From the human T2T-CHM13v2.0 reference genome, Homo sapiens, in NCBI RefSeq assembly GCF_009914755.1, contig NC_060926.1: DNA of 64,000 nt; one strand, given 5' to 3'. Shown piece by piece: positions 14,625 through 27,376 of this stretch; within the stretch, counting starts at the first letter, position 1, and each line of letters begins with the position of its first letter. The notes below the pieces were generated by a model that searched no databases, had not been told where the DNA came from, and saw only the letters and a program-made list of their open reading frames with translations. Both the position numbers and the translations under genes were made by a program.

Positions 14625-14778
14625 AAGTAAATTTTAAGTGATCTCATCACAAATAACTGATAAGTATGTGAAGTATGTGACATGTTAAGGAGCTTGACTT
14701 ATTCCACAATGTATACATATTTCAAAAGATAAAGGTGCATACTATAAATGCATAAAGTTTTATTGTCAATGTTAAAAA
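14625..14778 (+). mobile_element. L1MA 3' end fragment
   Basis: ttttaagtgatctcatcaca...ataagtatgtga...attccacaatgtatacatatttcaaaa. Confidence 0.7.
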
Positions 14779-14987
14779 GGCAAGTATAGATTCTATAAAT
14801 AAATTTGAAACTACTGGAAAAATAATAGTGTCTCCCAAGATCTAGAGGAAATGCACAATTTAAAAATATTTTCTGTGGTAAACATAAAGTAATATGACAG
14901 TAATTTTTTCTCTAAAGATTCTGAGGCACACACCTATTTCTTTCTAATTATAATATTAAGGAGATTTGGTAAACATGATAGACAGAT

Positions 14988-15431
14988 GCATAGATTGATT
15001 AAATTGTGTTTTCCAAAATGATACCTCAAGTCCTAACCTCTGGTAACTGTGAATGTAACCTTATTGTGAAATGAGGTCCTTTCAGGTGTAATCAAGTTAG
15101 GATGAGGTCAGACTGGATTAACGTCTACCATAATCCAATGATTGGTGCCATTATAGGAGACATAAAGAGCAGAGAATGCCATGTGCAGATACACAGACAT
15201 GAACACAGGCAAGAAGGCCATGAAAAGATAGAGGCAGAGATTTGAAGTGGCAACCACCAAAAGCTAAGAAGAGGCAATAAAGTATTTTTATTGTCTGTCT
15301 TTAGAAAGAACATGGCCCTGCTGCCACCATAATTTTGAACTTACAACCCCCCAAACTGTGAGATAATAAATTTGTTCTCTGAAGCCAACCAGTTTGTTAT
15401 TTTGTAAAAGCTGACCCAACAAACCAATACA
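14988..15431 (+). mobile_element. MLT1C-like MaLR solo LTR
   Basis: aagtcctaacctctggtaactgtgaatgtaaccttatt...aaactgtgagataataaatttg...aataca. Confidence 0.85.
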
Positions 15432-15669
15432 GACGATTAGACAATAAACTAGAGAGATAAATTACTATACATACAGGAGGCATGTAACCTTGCCCTGAGT
15501 TTCATACCTGGATAAGATAAAGTCCTGTCCCTTTCAGTATTATTTAATGAGGCTATATTTGCTTTGCTCCCTTGGGACTCCTTCTGGGGAGCCATGAATT
15601 CTTTGCAATATTTGATAGATAGTGGAGGCACGGTTCTTAAGCAAAAATTACTATTGCTCTTACCCTAAT

Positions 15670-16050
15670 TGATATGGTTTGGCTGTGTCCTCACCCAAAT
15701 CTCATCTTGAATTGTAATCCCCGTAATCCCCACATGTCACAGAAGGGACTAGGTGGGAGGTAATTGAATCATGGGGGCTGTTTTCCCCATGCTGTTCTTG
15801 TGATAGTGAATTTTCATGAGACCTGATGGCTTTGTAAGCATCTGGCATTTCCCCTGCTGGCAGGCATTCTTTTTCCTGCCGCCCTGTAAAGAGGTGTCTT
15901 TTGTAAAGAGGTGTCTTTTGCCATGATTGTAAGTTTCCTGAGGCCTCCTCAGCCATGCTGAACTGTGGATCAATTAAACCTCTTTTTTTTTTCTATTAAT
16001 TCACTGTCTCGATTATATCTTTACTAGCAGCATGAGAACGGACTAATACA
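15670..16050 (+). mobile_element. THE1D/MSTA-type MaLR solo LTR
   Basis: Begins tgatatggtttggctgtgtc, ends gaacggactaataca; internal 17 bp tandem duplication at 15885-15918. Confidence 0.92.
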
Positions 16051-16185
16051 CACTAGTCTACGATGTAACTGAGAGTATAAAAACATGAACACAGACACAT
16101 CACTCAAAAAGTCAAGCTTCACCTTAATTCAGAAAACGTATTAGGCAGGGAAATGCCTTTATTAAAGGAGACCTCTTGGACACCA

Positions 16186-16383
16186 TTTGTTTTAACTTTT
16201 ATTTTAGATTCGGGTGTACACGTGAAGGTTGCCACATAGGTAAACTAGCGTCATGGGGGTTTGTTGTACAGGTTATTTCATAACCCAAGTATTAAACCCA
16301 ACACCCAATAGTTATATTTTCTGCTCCTCTGTCTCCTCCTACCCTTCACCTTCTAGTCGACCCCAGTGGTCTGTTCTTCTTTG
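16186..16383 (-). mobile_element. L1PA13-15-like 3'UTR fragment
   Basis: ttttaacttttattttagattc...cataggtaaact..gtcatgggggtttgttgtacag...cccaatagttat. Confidence 0.8.
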
Positions 16384-16736
16384 AGACATCAAAATTTAAA
16401 TGTCTTTTTTCTTTGCATCTATTTACATTCTAGATGGGTGAGAAATATTTTTATGTATATATGTGGATAGGTACATATATATGTATGTATGTGTTTATGT
16501 GTAGGTAGGCATGCATATATGCATTTATGTATTTATGTATGCATGTAGAACTCTATGTGTGCATTTAAAAATATAGATTAGGCATTCACTTTAGGGAAAA
16601 GAAGACATAGAAGTTGTTTATCTGGAAACATTCTCTTCAAATGATCTGTGCCTGCATATTTCCTTGGAAATGATTCAGGTACAGCAGAGGTAACATTATT
16701 TAACCTAATTTGAAATTTAATGCCCCTAGTTATATG

Positions 16737-17344
16737 TAGGAGTCCCCATTTATTCACAGAGGATACTTTCCAAGATCCCCAGTGGATGCCTGAAACCACG
16801 GATAGAACTGAATCCTATATACGTAAAAATTTCTTTTTTCTTCTTCACAATTTTATGGATAGAAGATTCATTCTAACCATAGATCTTAGCAGCCTCAGCA
16901 TACATTTATTTATTTATGTTTTTACTAAGTCAAAAATTTCACCTTGTCCTCTCTAGGAAGCACTTTATGGCTAACTCTTTGGCATATCTAAATTGTCAGC
17001 ATCACTATTCTTGCTCTGTGGGGTCATTACTAAGTAAAATAAAGGTTACTTGAACAAAAGCACTAAAAAAAAATACAGTTGATCTGGTAACTGAGCTGGC
17101 TACTCAGTGGCTAACCTGTGGGGAGTGTTTACAGCTTGGATACACTAGACAAAGGGCTGACTCACATGCTGAGCCAGACAGAGCAGGACTGCCTGAGATT
17201 TCATCATACTACTCAGAATGGCTTGCAATTTAAAACTTATTAATTGTTTATTTCAGAAATTTTCCATTAATTTTTTCAGATCTCAGTTGATTACATGTAA
17301 CTGATACCATGGAAAGCAAAATTGCTAATAAGAAAGGACTACTG
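16737..17344 (-). mobile_element. MER44 (Tigger7 derivative) DNA transposon
   Basis: TIR-like ends taggagtcccc.ttatt and ataagaaaggactactg followed by TA; internal ccccagtggatgcctgaaacc. Confidence 0.85.
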
Positions 17345-17364
17345 TAATTTGAAATTTTTAGCAT

Positions 17365-18210
17365 CATATGAAAAAAAGTGTCCTTAATCTGATAAAGAAT
17401 AGCTACAAATTTCTGTAGCAAATGTCTTAATTAATCATGAACTATTGATGTTCTCCTATTTGAAGTATGGCATGAAAAAAGCTGTTCATTATTATTTTTA
17501 TTCAATATGACATTGGAATTTTCACACAATTTGAAAACAAGAACTGACAAAATCATTTGAGAAGGAAGAAATATAGCTGAGATTATTTGCAGAAAACTTG
17601 ATGTGCAGATAGAAAGCCCAAAGAATCAAATATTAGAATTAATAAATGAATTCAGCAAGAATTCTGAATGCAAGTAAAAATTTAAAATATTTATTAGAAC
17701 AGAGATTATAAAATAAAATTAAAGGATATCCTTTTTGGTACTATACAAATCAGCTTCAGATTTAGAAATAAATCTGACAATGATATGAAAATCTATAAAA
17801 CTTTACTGAATATAGTAAGTCTTAAGTGAATGGATTGCATTACTAAGAGATGTTCATTAGAATATTCTCTCAAAATTGATCTGCATTTCCAACATAATTT
17901 CACTCAAAATCTCATCAGTGTATTACCAATCCTAGTATATGCTATAATGAACATATAAAAAAATCAAGAAAACCCCAGGTAATCCTGAATTTATAAAACC
18001 AGACTGGAGAATTTACATTATAAAATATGTTGACCTACTAAAACTGTAGTAATTAAGGCATTACTTAGTTACTAAAAGTATTTGTGAAGAGATAGAAAAT
18101 TGTACATAAAAGTACAGAAAGTAACACATTATTTATACCAAAGAAGAAACTGTAGAGTATTGGAGGAATTATGCACTTTTGATAAATGTAACTAGATCAA
18201 GTCAGTTGGG
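17365..18210 (+). mobile_element. Old L1M ORF2 (RT region) remnant
   Basis: ccttaatctgataaag...ttatttgcagaaaacttgatgtgcagatagaaa...attagaattaataaatgaattcagcaag. Confidence 0.75.
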
Positions 18211-19399
18211 AGAATAATATTTGCTATATATATGTATATTTGTATGAAACTGAAAACATGTATATGTGTGTGTGTGTGTGTGTATACACATGAATATATA
18301 TAAAGATTTCCTATATATAAATAGCAGGTAGAATCTCAATAAAATAAATTCACTTATGAATTTATTTGTAAATTATGAGTTCACAATTTAAATTTTGTAA
18401 TTGGATTCAGCACTATATATTTTTAGTTAACTTCTTTACCAATACTTTCATTTATATGTTTTCCTAGTCATTAATTAAAATTCTCAAGAACATCGGTCGT
18501 GGTGCTAGGCATTGTATTTGAAAAAAAAGAAACATAAAAATATATTAAGCCTCACCATGGTGTCATCAGGAGGTTTTTGACAAGACTACTTGTAATCTTA
18601 GACATGCTTTGTACTACCATTTTCATTTTATTATCTTTCCCTTAGAAGACAGAAGACTTCTGTATATAAAGGTAGGCCAGAACTCACTCTCCATTTCTGG
18701 AAACTATTCTAGTAGTGGTCACAATGTCTACATTTTTTTTTTAGCACTAAGTCAAATCAAGTGACATGTTTTTTACTGCGGATTTATATCTGTCATATAA
18801 TCATGTGTAGATTGACACTCGTTAGCAATCTATCACATACCAAAAATGATTTTCAACAAAAAAATGCATTTATATTTGTTTTCCTCATCTAAGTGCATCT
18901 TTTCTTATGTAAACATGGCACACAAACATATGCTAACCAAACAATAAGCTTATTCCACTGTGGTATGGTTTCCATCTATACAGAGAATAAGGTGATTGTG
19001 CTCTCTGTCTTATCTGCTGCTGGTATGTGAAGAACTGATTCATATAATGAAAATCAGTGAGACTAGCCCCACATAAAGTGAAACAAATGCTGGCATGAAC
19101 AGTTGATAGTAATTCTTCTAACATTTAAGTCCTTTATATATGTTACATCTAACATGCAAAGATTAAAGATCATTGATTTCCCAAGATTCTCGCCATGCTT
19201 TTTCTCCTTTATCTTTTTTCTCTTTTTTTTTGCTATTAGAATTATTTGTAATGACGATGCTATCTTTTTGTTTTAATGAACACTAAAAAATTATCAAATA
19301 TTCTCAACTTTATATGGAATGTAATTGTGTGATTTAAAAAAAAAAAACTTGCCAAAATGTTGTTCCTGGCCCCTCTAATCTTCACCTTCCTCTTATCGC

Positions 19400-19960
19400 C
19401 TTTCAGAATTTCTCTGGTTATCTCTTGCATTATTTTCAAGGCTTATAGTTGAATGTAGTAGGGAGGAACCTAAGGAGACAAGTCTATCCCATCTGGTCTA
19501 TACAGAAAATGTATGGCTGCTTTTAATTTTATCTCTATCTCTGTTTTTAAACAATTCAATGATGATGTGCTTTGTATTTTTTTCATGTTTCTTGTGTTGG
19601 GGTTTATTGAACTTCTTAGGTCTTTAAGTTTACAGCTATTGTCAAACTTGGAATGCATTCAACTATTGTGGCTTCAAACATTTTTTCTACAATCCCTCCC
19701 CCAACTCCACTTACAAGGACTGCAATCACCACTTGCAGTATTAGGCTACTTGAAGATATAGCACAGCTCACTGGTGCTATTTTCATTTTTAAAAATCCTT
19801 TTTTCTCATTATGCTTATTTTTGAGATTTTTGTTTTACTGTATCTTCAAGTTTAATAATCTTTTATTCTGCAATGTTTAATTGGTCATTACTCTGTCTAG
19901 TGTGTTTTCATCTCAAACATTGTAGTTCTCTCTAGAAGTTGTATTTGAGTGTTTCTAAAA
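19400..19960 (-). mobile_element. Old L1M 5'/ORF1 remnant
   Basis: ggctgcttttaattttatctct...tttcttgtgttggggtttattgaacttctt, typical antisense L1M ORF1. Confidence 0.65.
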
Positions 19961-20330
19961 AACTTCTTTGTATATGCTTTTCTATATAAGGTAGTGATAG
20001 CAAATCTGTGTAATGGAAGTAATTCCAAAGAAATATGGAATTATTTACTCAGAATTGTGATCCCTTATATATTGAGTTTAATTTTGTAGCCATCAAGTTT
20101 AAAGTGCTAAAACTGTAACGCATTATTTGCAGAGTTGCACTGGCTAATTAAGCAATGAAACTATCAAATGTAAGCAGTGTTTAACATATAAAACAAGATA
20201 TAATTTCCAAACCCAAAATAATACCTTGACATATTTGCTTAAATCTGTAGTAAAGCAAGAGTAATAATAAAAAAGGTTTATCTTTTCCCTAGTTTAGAAT
20301 ACTTATGAATTTGAAAGACTATGTATCAAT

Positions 20331-21000
20331 AGTCTTATCCCATTTTGTGTTTAAAATAAAGGAACGCCTAAGGCCAGTTAATTTATGATGAAAAAAGGCT
20401 GATTTGGCTCACAATTCGAATGGCTGGAAAGTTTAAGATTGAGCATCTGGTGAGGGCCTCAGATGGGTTCCACTCATAGCAGAAGGTGAAGGGGAGCCAT
20501 TCTGTGCAGAGATCACAGGGCGAGAGAGGAAAAGAGAGTATGGAGTGGGAGGGGAGGTGCCATCCTCGTTTTAACAACCAGGTCTCCAGGGAACTAATAA
20601 AATGAGAAGTTATTTATTCTGCAAGGGGAGCTATTCCACAAATAGAATTAATCTATTCATGAGGGATCCACCACTATGACTTAAGCAACTCCCATTAGGT
20701 CTTACCTCCAACATTGGGGATTTAATTTCAGCATGAGGTTTTGAAAGAACAAAGATCTAAATCAGGGGTGTCCAATCTTTTGGCTTCCCTGGGCCACAGT
20801 GGAAGAAAAATAAATGTCTTGGCCCACACCTAAAATGCGCTAACATTAACCATAGGTAATGAGCTAAAAAAATTGCAAAAAATGTCTTAATATGTTTTAA
20901 GAAAATTTATGAATTTGTGTTGGGCCGCATTCAAAGCTGTCCTGGGACACAGGTGGCCCACAGGCTGCCTGCTTGGACAAATTTGAGCTAAACCGTAGCA
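20331..21000 (-). mobile_element. MSTB-like MaLR LTR, split by MER30
   Basis: tttggctcacaattc...gagcatctggtgagggcctc...cccattagg...ctccaacattgggga; resumes as aaaccgtagca after the insert. Confidence 0.85.
20763..20985 (+). mobile_element. MER30 (hAT-Charlie MITE)
   Basis: caggggtgtccaatcttttggcttccctgggccac...ttggacaaatttg; degenerate 8 bp TSD atctaaat/agctaaac. Confidence 0.9.
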
Positions 21001-21306
21001 ATTATGTTACAATGGTGCAGTACAATGATAGGAAAGCATAATTGTTACTCAAATTAAGAAGGATGTACCAAAATAAAAATCAACACATTATTTCCTTCAC
21101 TGAGAATTTCTTGGTAAGAAAAAATATCAGTTGAACTATATAATGTGGCAAATGGCAAAGTAAAAACAGTTATTCATACAAAACCCAATGTGTTACATTT
21201 GAGATGATCTCCTTATTCCATGTTAATATGAAAGCCTATTATAAAGCTCAGTCCAGAAAAGTTATTTAAAATGTTTTAATTATATGAAGAACTCTTATTG
21301 AGTATG

Positions 21307-21660
21307 TATATTAGTCCATATTCACACTGCTGATAAAGACATGCCTGAGACTGGGTAACTTATTAAAAAAGAGGTTTTATTGACTCATAATTCCACATGG
21401 CTGGGGAGGCCTCACAATCATGGCGGAAGGGCAAGGAGCATCTTACAGGGCGGCAAGCAAGAGAGAGCTTGTACAGGGGAATTTCCCTTTCTAAAACCAT
21501 CAGATCTCATGAGGCTTATTCACTATCACAGGAACAGCAGGAGAAAGACCAATCCCCATGATTCAATTATCCACCACTGGGTCCCTCCCATGACACATGG
21601 GAATTTTGGGAGCTACAATTCAAGGTGAGATTTGGCTGAGGACAGGGGCAAATCATATCA
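21307..21660 (-). mobile_element. THE1B-like solo LTR
   Basis: tattagtcca...cactgctgataaagacat...aaaccatcagatctcatgag...aatcatatca; TSD gtatg/gtagg. Confidence 0.93.
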
Positions 21661-23208
21661 GTAGGCAAAACAAAAAAAAAAACAGTTTGGTCACATGTAT
21701 TTAATAATGTAAATTGGGCTTCCATAACTATTATTTTATTTTATATTTTGTCTGAAAATAATCTTAATATTTTTATAAAAGACAGAAGTAAAATGTATTT
21801 TCAAAGGGCCAAAAGAGAAGTGACTCTTGAGAGAATAAGGTTACTATAATTCATAATGATAAGTTCAATAATTTAACAATTATAAATAAAGTTATGAGTG
21901 ATGCTTGTTCTCTATATAATTATTACCAATTGCTTTACATTTGGAGTATAATATTTCTCTTTTTTTCATCAAAAGATTATGCATAAAAAATTCATGGATC
22001 CAGAATAATTTCTATTAAAAAATCAATTTTAATTACAAATTTACAAGATACATCACTAAAATCATCTTTTAAAAAAGAACTTATGATTAATTTTTAAAAA
22101 CTTAAATAAAGAATTATTTGCATCATTTTAGATAACACAAAAATTACTAACCTAAGCATTGTCAAGTTATGTTTAAAATTGCTTTTTTCTCATCAATTCA
22201 TGTTATTTCACTTCTTATTTTCTTTCTGTGACATATGTTTCTCTACTATGAATATAATAAAAGAAAACATAATAACCATCTAGATAAATATTACCCCTTG
22301 AGAATTTCATAATCATCAGTCTAATCTATATAAATATATCTTAGAAGCAAAATACAAGCTGAATGTTTACATATATAGGCATTAAATACAGCAAATCACT
22401 ACTTCACTCATAACTTTCATTTCTTTATAAGTGCAAAACAAGCTGTAGACATAAATTTGATTCTATATGATACTATCTTCACATATCTTCAATAAAAATC
22501 TATCCTTTTTTAGTAATGGTTTCTTTCCTCCTGTGTTATATTTATTCTGAGTATATTTACTGAATATTGTTTTACGTCTATGGATTCTCATGTTAATAAT
22601 CTGGATTTGCATTTGATCTCTTTAACATTTTTATTTTTTGTAAGTCATTTTATTGCATTTTACAGAATATTTTTAAACATATTAGAAATTGAAAAATAAA
22701 ATGTATCCTTCACCACAGATAGATTGAGGACTGTCCTAGTGACCTCTTTAAATTTACATTTACTAACAATCATTATACTTTTTGCACAGGCAGTTTATTA
22801 AATCTGCAGCTTGACAATTGGCTCGGTTGTGCATTTGTATTAAAAATAAAATTGGAAACATTCAAAAGCATTTTGGTTGGATTTGTTATTTTTCATTTGT
22901 CATACATAGTTTATCTCAAGAAAGTTTTCAGAGAAATGGTACAAGAATGGGGAACATTGAGATACAACTCCAACCATGGGGAAAATTTTAAACCTTGGCC
23001 AACTGGACTACTTTGTGCTTAAATACTGTCTACTTTATGCTGTAGTGAAAAGAATATTAGGCTGATAGCATCACTACACATACTTTTATAAAAGATTATC
23101 TTACCAAAGGAGCAACTTTGGACTCTGTTTTTAAAACCTTCTAAACTATTACTTAGGATAACTCTGACCAGCAATGGTGTTATTATAAAAAATAATCAGT
23201 AAATAAAT

Positions 23209-23671
23209 TGTGCTAGTTTGTTTTGTATTGTTGTAGCAGAATACCTGAGGCTGGGTAATTCATAAAGAAAATAGATTTATTTAACTCACAGTTCTGCAGA
23301 CTGAGAAGTACCAAAAGCATTGCACTGGCATCTGTTCAGCATCTGGTGAGAGAAAGAGCCACGTTTTAGGTCAAAACATAGTGAGAAGTTCAAAGGGGAA
23401 GCCGACACGAACCTCATGAAAAGAGAAGCTCCTGGCTTTATAATAACTCACTCTCAAGAGGGAACGAATCCACTCCCACAAGAACTAATCCAGTCTTGCC
23501 AGAGTGATAACTTGCTTACCACCGTAAGAACGGCACCAAACCAATTATTAGTAATCCACTCCCATGAACCAACACCTCCCACCAGGCCCCCTCTCGCAAG
23601 ATCACCAAATTAGGATCAAATTTCAACATGAGTTTTGGTGGGGACAAACAAACCATATCCAAACCATAACA
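23209..23671 (-). mobile_element. MSTB1/2-like solo LTR
   Basis: gaatacctgaggctgggtaatt...ggatcaaatttcaacatgagttttgg...ccatatccaaaccataaca. Confidence 0.87.
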
Positions 23672-24136
23672 GGAATCATACTTAAGAAATGGCCAACCTT
23701 AGCATAATCAGTGGTAGCTAACTGGATATTATATGCATTTGAGGTCATGCAATATTGATTATACAAGCTAATGAGAAGATGCTGGGTATAGATTTTTAAA
23801 AATGTGATATGTGAGGCTGCGTTACACGTTAAAATTTAAAGCCTAGCATAGTTAGATTTTGCAAATACTGGGTGTAAATTCTATTAGGGGAAGCACATTA
23901 AGAAAATCAGCTGAGACACATTATAGCAAATATATGGTGTGCCGAGTTCTGATAAGTAAAAATTAAAAATGTGAAATCTTTGTGACATCGGAACCATGTG
24001 TATTCATATAGTTTTGTAGACCCTGCCCCAGTTCTTTTTTAGTACATGTAGATCTAGCCAAAATACTCACATTAGAGCTCAAAAACAAGTATAAGCTGAT
24101 ACAATTCAAGTTACATGATGTGAAATTATTGAGGAG

Positions 24137-24500
24137 TGACATGGTGTGACTCTGGGTCCCTACCCAATTCTCATTTTGTAGCTTACATTATTTCCATATG
24201 TTGTGGGAGGGACCCGGTGGGAGATGACTGAATCATGGGGGAGGTTCTTTCAGATGCTGTTCTCGTGACAGTGAGTAAGTCTCACCAGATCTGATGGCTT
24301 TAAAAATGGGAGTTTGCCTATACAAGCTCTCTTTGCCTGCTGCCACTTACCCAGGGTGTGACTGGCTCCTCCTTACCTTCTGCCGTTACTGTGAGGCCTC
24401 CCCAGCCATGTGGAACTGTAAGTCCGATAAGCCTCTTTCTTTTGTAATTTGTCCAGTCTTGGGTATGTCTTTATCAGCAGCATGAAAACGAACTAATACG
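24137..24500 (+). mobile_element. THE1A/B solo LTR with perfect 5 bp TSD
   Basis: tgacatgg...tttatcagcagcatgaaaacgaactaatacg; AGGAG at 24132-24136 and 24501-24505. Confidence 0.94.
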
Positions 24501-24694
24501 AGGAGATTATCTAAAAATAATCAGTAATTTTTGTTGAAATTTTCAAACTTTATTTCTTATTGGATAACAACATTTATGATTAGCCCCTAAAAAGCTTTAC
24601 ATGCTTAAAATAATACTTGTAAGGCATTCTTCCCAAAACAGTGACTGAGATCTCCATGTATTATATACTGCTCACAAATATTACAGTAATTAAC

Positions 24695-24880
24695 AATAAA
24701 AATATGTATTAAGCTCTTAATATATGTCATAATTTCCATAGCAATCTTATGAATTATATACTATTATTATCCACTTTTGTACATAAAAAAACCCTACACA
24801 TAGGTTCATTAGTAAGTACCATGCCTAAGGTCACGCAGTAAGTGGCGGAGCTAGAATCCAAACACACGGATTTTGGCTCG
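24695..24880 (-). mobile_element. MIR
   Basis: agcaatcttatga...ctattattatcca...tgcctaaggtcacgcagtaagtggcggagctagaatccaaac. Confidence 0.8.
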
Positions 24881-27376
24881 TATTTCTATTCATATTATTA
24901 GAAAAATAAAACCATTAAACAGTAAGTACCAAATGCAGACAATTTCTGAGGCAAATAGGATAATTGGTGAATATATCAGTATATTAGATTTAAAAAATGA
25001 TGTTTTGACATAACCGGTTTGTTACACATTATTGTTAATTTATGAAATAGAAATATATATATTGTGTGCCATATTAAAGTGATTTTTCTTGTTAAAGTGA
25101 GTATGCATATTCTTGTTCATGTGATCATGAATGTTCTGTTTTGTTAATGCCAGTGGTATTTTACCATCCTGATTTTTTTTTTAATATATAGGAAAAAATG
25201 AAGTTTTCAAGGGAACTCTGACTTCCTATTTTACAGGCACAGGGAGTGTCATTCTTTGCTTTGAGATGATTGGCTATCTCACAGTCAACTTCTGAGCATA
25301 ATGCCATGTTTGCCTCTTTTTAGTTATACATTTCATCTTTGGTCTTTTGAAAATACTTATATGCCTATAAAAATGATAAGAAGAAAAACAATATCATCCC
25401 ATGTACTTTGGTAAGGCTACTTCAAACCTTTCCATGACCTTATAATGTTCTAATTTTGCATTGAAATTTTATGATATGTAAAAATGATAATTAAAGACAC
25501 TAACAATTCAATGTTTATGTATCCCATTTTAATTTTGCTTAGTTTTGGTTTTCACATATTAATTTTACAATCCAATGTAAACCAATTTTTTTGTTGATTA
25601 CCAGTAACTGACAATGTTATCAAATCACACTGAATCACAGAAGTGTTGTAGCCAAGCTGAAAGCAGTTGTAATTATTTGAAATAATCTATGTGTTCACTG
25701 GTGTATGTAAAACATTTGTAAGGAAATAAATGCTGTGAACTTGTGATTATTACTAAGGCAGGGGTGTTGTATAAATTAATAAATTTCTACACTGAAGAAA
25801 AAAACTAGCTGGAAAAATACTGGCAAACCTGAATATAAAATGACACAGTCGCTTTATTAACAACATATTTTGTTAGAAAACATTCCCCCAGAGAAACGTT
25901 ATTTGAAATTTACAAATAATTCATTTTGATTTAATGAAATCCATAAAAATAAATTAACAAATAAATTAATAACATTAGTCTTGGATACATAAAAGTATAA
26001 TACTATACAATTTCCTTCAGTGAGAATCTTTTGCAGGAGTACCTTTTTGACACTTTATGGTAAGAAGAACTTCAAAGAGAAATATTGTGAAAACCTTTTA
26101 GTTTCGTGAAGTCTATGACATATAGTTTTCCAAACATGGCTTGCTATTCTTGATGAACTTTGACTAATTTTCTAACCATACCTCTTTGCATTTTAGTTGA
26201 GAACAGCATGGCAAAAATTATATAAATAAGAGGTCCTATATCATAAATAGCATCTTTAAAAAAATAATAGTTTTCTTAAACAAAGCAGGTCATTTTCATA
26301 TCTGCACTGTTTCGACCTTTAAGAAAACTTCATCTTTCCTTCAGTTGTGGTCTTGTAATAAAAAAGTTAAAGTGTCTTAATTAAAAATATTTTATAAACC
26401 TCTTTCATTTGCTATAAGTCAGTTTGTGGCATATATTTATTACTTAAACCAAAAGCAGCAAATCTGTAGTACACTCTCATCATTGAGCAGAATAGTTATT
26501 TGTCTTTGCTTATTCAAGTTGTATTTTGCTGTACTCTACAATAATGGTAAATCATTACAGTCTTTGCAATTTAGACTTCATTTCAAAAAGGACAACTATT
26601 TCAAAATTATTCATTCATCCAGGTTGGATAGTAAGAAATATAAGAAATTAACTATCAATTCTTAACATTAAATGTGATCATCCTAATTGAAAATGTAAGC
26701 AAAATTTTCATTGAGTTACCAAACGAAAGGCAATTCACACTTAAAATTAGATGTTTACTACACAATTAAAAAACACCAGAAGGAGGTAATTGATGAAAGC
26801 AATGTGATAATAAAGTATATCTGGTATTTTTGTGGAAAATCCTCTATCTTTTTCAAATTGAAAAGTAAAGTGTCTGTATTAGACTTACTAATAGCAAGCT
26901 CTTCAAGTCCTTGTTGATTATATCATTATACTTTTTGTATAAAGTTGTATAAACCCAATCAATGGACAGAGGAAAGTTTCATATCAACTCAACTACCTCA
27001 TAATTTCTTTAAAAATATATGCTTATTTGTGGTTTGGGCAATACTATATAGAGTATTTAGTACAATTATAAACTCTGAAAATAACACAAAAACAATCAAA
27101 TGAGAAATCTGAAAGGCAGTAAGGCAGGCCACTGTAGGACTGAAGAAAGATTAGTGTCAGAAGGTTTTTACATGCCCTTGCAAACCCGAAGAAAGAAACC
27201 CTGACATGGCACTTCCTGTCCCCAACTTAGCAACAAAAGGCGGCAATATAGGCTGATTCCTCCCCTGATTCCACCATGACACCCTCTGCAACACCAGGTG
27301 AAACAGAGGATTAATAGACTCTGCTAAACATTAGCACCAGGGAAGCTCTCAGGTAGAGATATCTAGCTAGCCTGGA

